A stretch of 63,779 nt of DNA, filler included, from Choristocarpus tenellus KU-1152 (taxonomy: Eukaryota > Protista > Phaeophyceae), in the NCBI GenBank assembly GCA_964200185.2. It is 10 parts of 10 records of this genome, joined end to end, with 100 filler letters (N's around TTAATTAATTAA, not from the genome) between each part and the next. Parts side by side here need not be neighbours in the genome. Positions count along the whole stretch, not along the records: positions 60,652 to 63,779 come from CAXNAD020022117.1; 9 more parts are not named here. One strand, given 5' to 3'. Under the pieces are notes generated by a model. The model did not search any database, was not told the origin of the DNA, and saw only the letters and a list, made by a program, of their open reading frames with translations. Below are positions 62,816-63,779 of this stretch, in pieces. Each line of letters begins with the position of its first letter. Position 1 is the stretch's first letter. The translations under genes were made by a program, and so were the position numbers.

Positions 62816-63779
62816 GCTACTCCAAACCACGATAATTTTTTTGACTGTGACAGATGGTCAAATTCACTAAAAAGTCCAAAAATCATGTTCTTTGAAAGAC
62901 CCTGACGATGTATACATTTCCAAGAAAAAATGTTGCCAAAGGAATGGAGGGATGAAGTCGTGTGGTAGATAGGTGTGAGTCATCACAACAAGTTGTGTTC
63001 ACTTAAGACTATATGTTTCAACTACAATATGGAGGGCCTCTTTGTTTTGACCCATACTGGGGTTGTGCCTAACAGATTGGTGGCATTGAAATGTCCAACA
63101 GCGCCTACTCTTCACGAGGAATCAGTTGGCGACATACCACCACCACCCACTCTGATTCGTCCTGTCTGTGTTAGGATATCATTTCGGTAAGTGTACACAT
63201 CATCACTACTACTATTCTTCTGAGTGATGATGTTGATAGCAGAGAAGGCAGGGTCTGCTCTCTATTGTTGTAGCTACCTCTCTCAAGCCCTTGGCAGCAT
63301 AATGGACGAGGAGAAAGAGAAATTTCTGGCGAAGGCAGGATCAACTTTTTTCCTTGTTGGCATTACAACAACGGTAGTAGTACAATAATTTATATACCGT
63401 ATATATTAGTATTGCTTTGAAGTACAATTTAACATGTGATAACCTCTTCCTACATGACGTGGGCACTACTTCTCTCCTTACCCTCACCTGAGCGTACAAT
63501 ATTCTGGAGAGTGTTGGACATTTTACCTTTCACCATGTGTGTCTGGGAGGGCCCCAGCATGTTGTATGGATGCGCGCGCACATACGTAACATACACCATG
63601 AAATGATCATTATGAAGCTCTTCTACAAATAACCTTGAGGCAACGAGAGTCAAATTAAACGAGAGGATACCCAAAATTGCACTTTTAGAATACCAGCAAA
63701 TAGGTGCAAAATCCGACTTCGTTTACAAATGGGTGAAAGTATCTGGGAGGGGGGGGTCGGCGTCCGTTTTTCACCCTAT

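Overview
Eukaryotic nuclear DNA from an intron-rich photosynthetic stramenopile, most likely a brown alga. This is inferred from GT-AG introns of 0.3-2.5 kb, an ASAFAP-type bipartite plastid presequence and TTAGGG runs. The window is not one locus: ten short contigs are joined by identical 100-nt spacers (N44-TTAATTAATTAA-N44, a six-frame stop linker), so nothing should be inferred across gaps. Recognisable spliced genes are all partial: a DUF1365 protein, the mitochondrial Rieske Fe-S protein head-to-head with an LSM14/Scd6 protein, the C-terminal exons of the beta-oxidation trifunctional enzyme alpha subunit, a GPALPP1/DUF3752-like protein and a K/R-rich protein with an internal duplication. 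One coding region is complete, a plastid-targeted protein of unknown function. Most of the rest is decayed transposable elements: Copia, chromodomain Ty3/Gypsy, RTE, CRE-like and other LINEs, Tc1/mariner, a tRNA-derived SINE, and a high-copy MITE family that sits at many contig ends. The best leads are a ~940-nt fold-back with a near-perfect 155-bp core (candidate hpRNA/miRNA locus), a compact multi-helix element between the divergent Rieske and LSM14 genes, the MITE family, and an AT-rich ORF relic of possibly foreign origin. No CRISPR array, rRNA or intact tRNA was found, and no new multi-gene system is supported.
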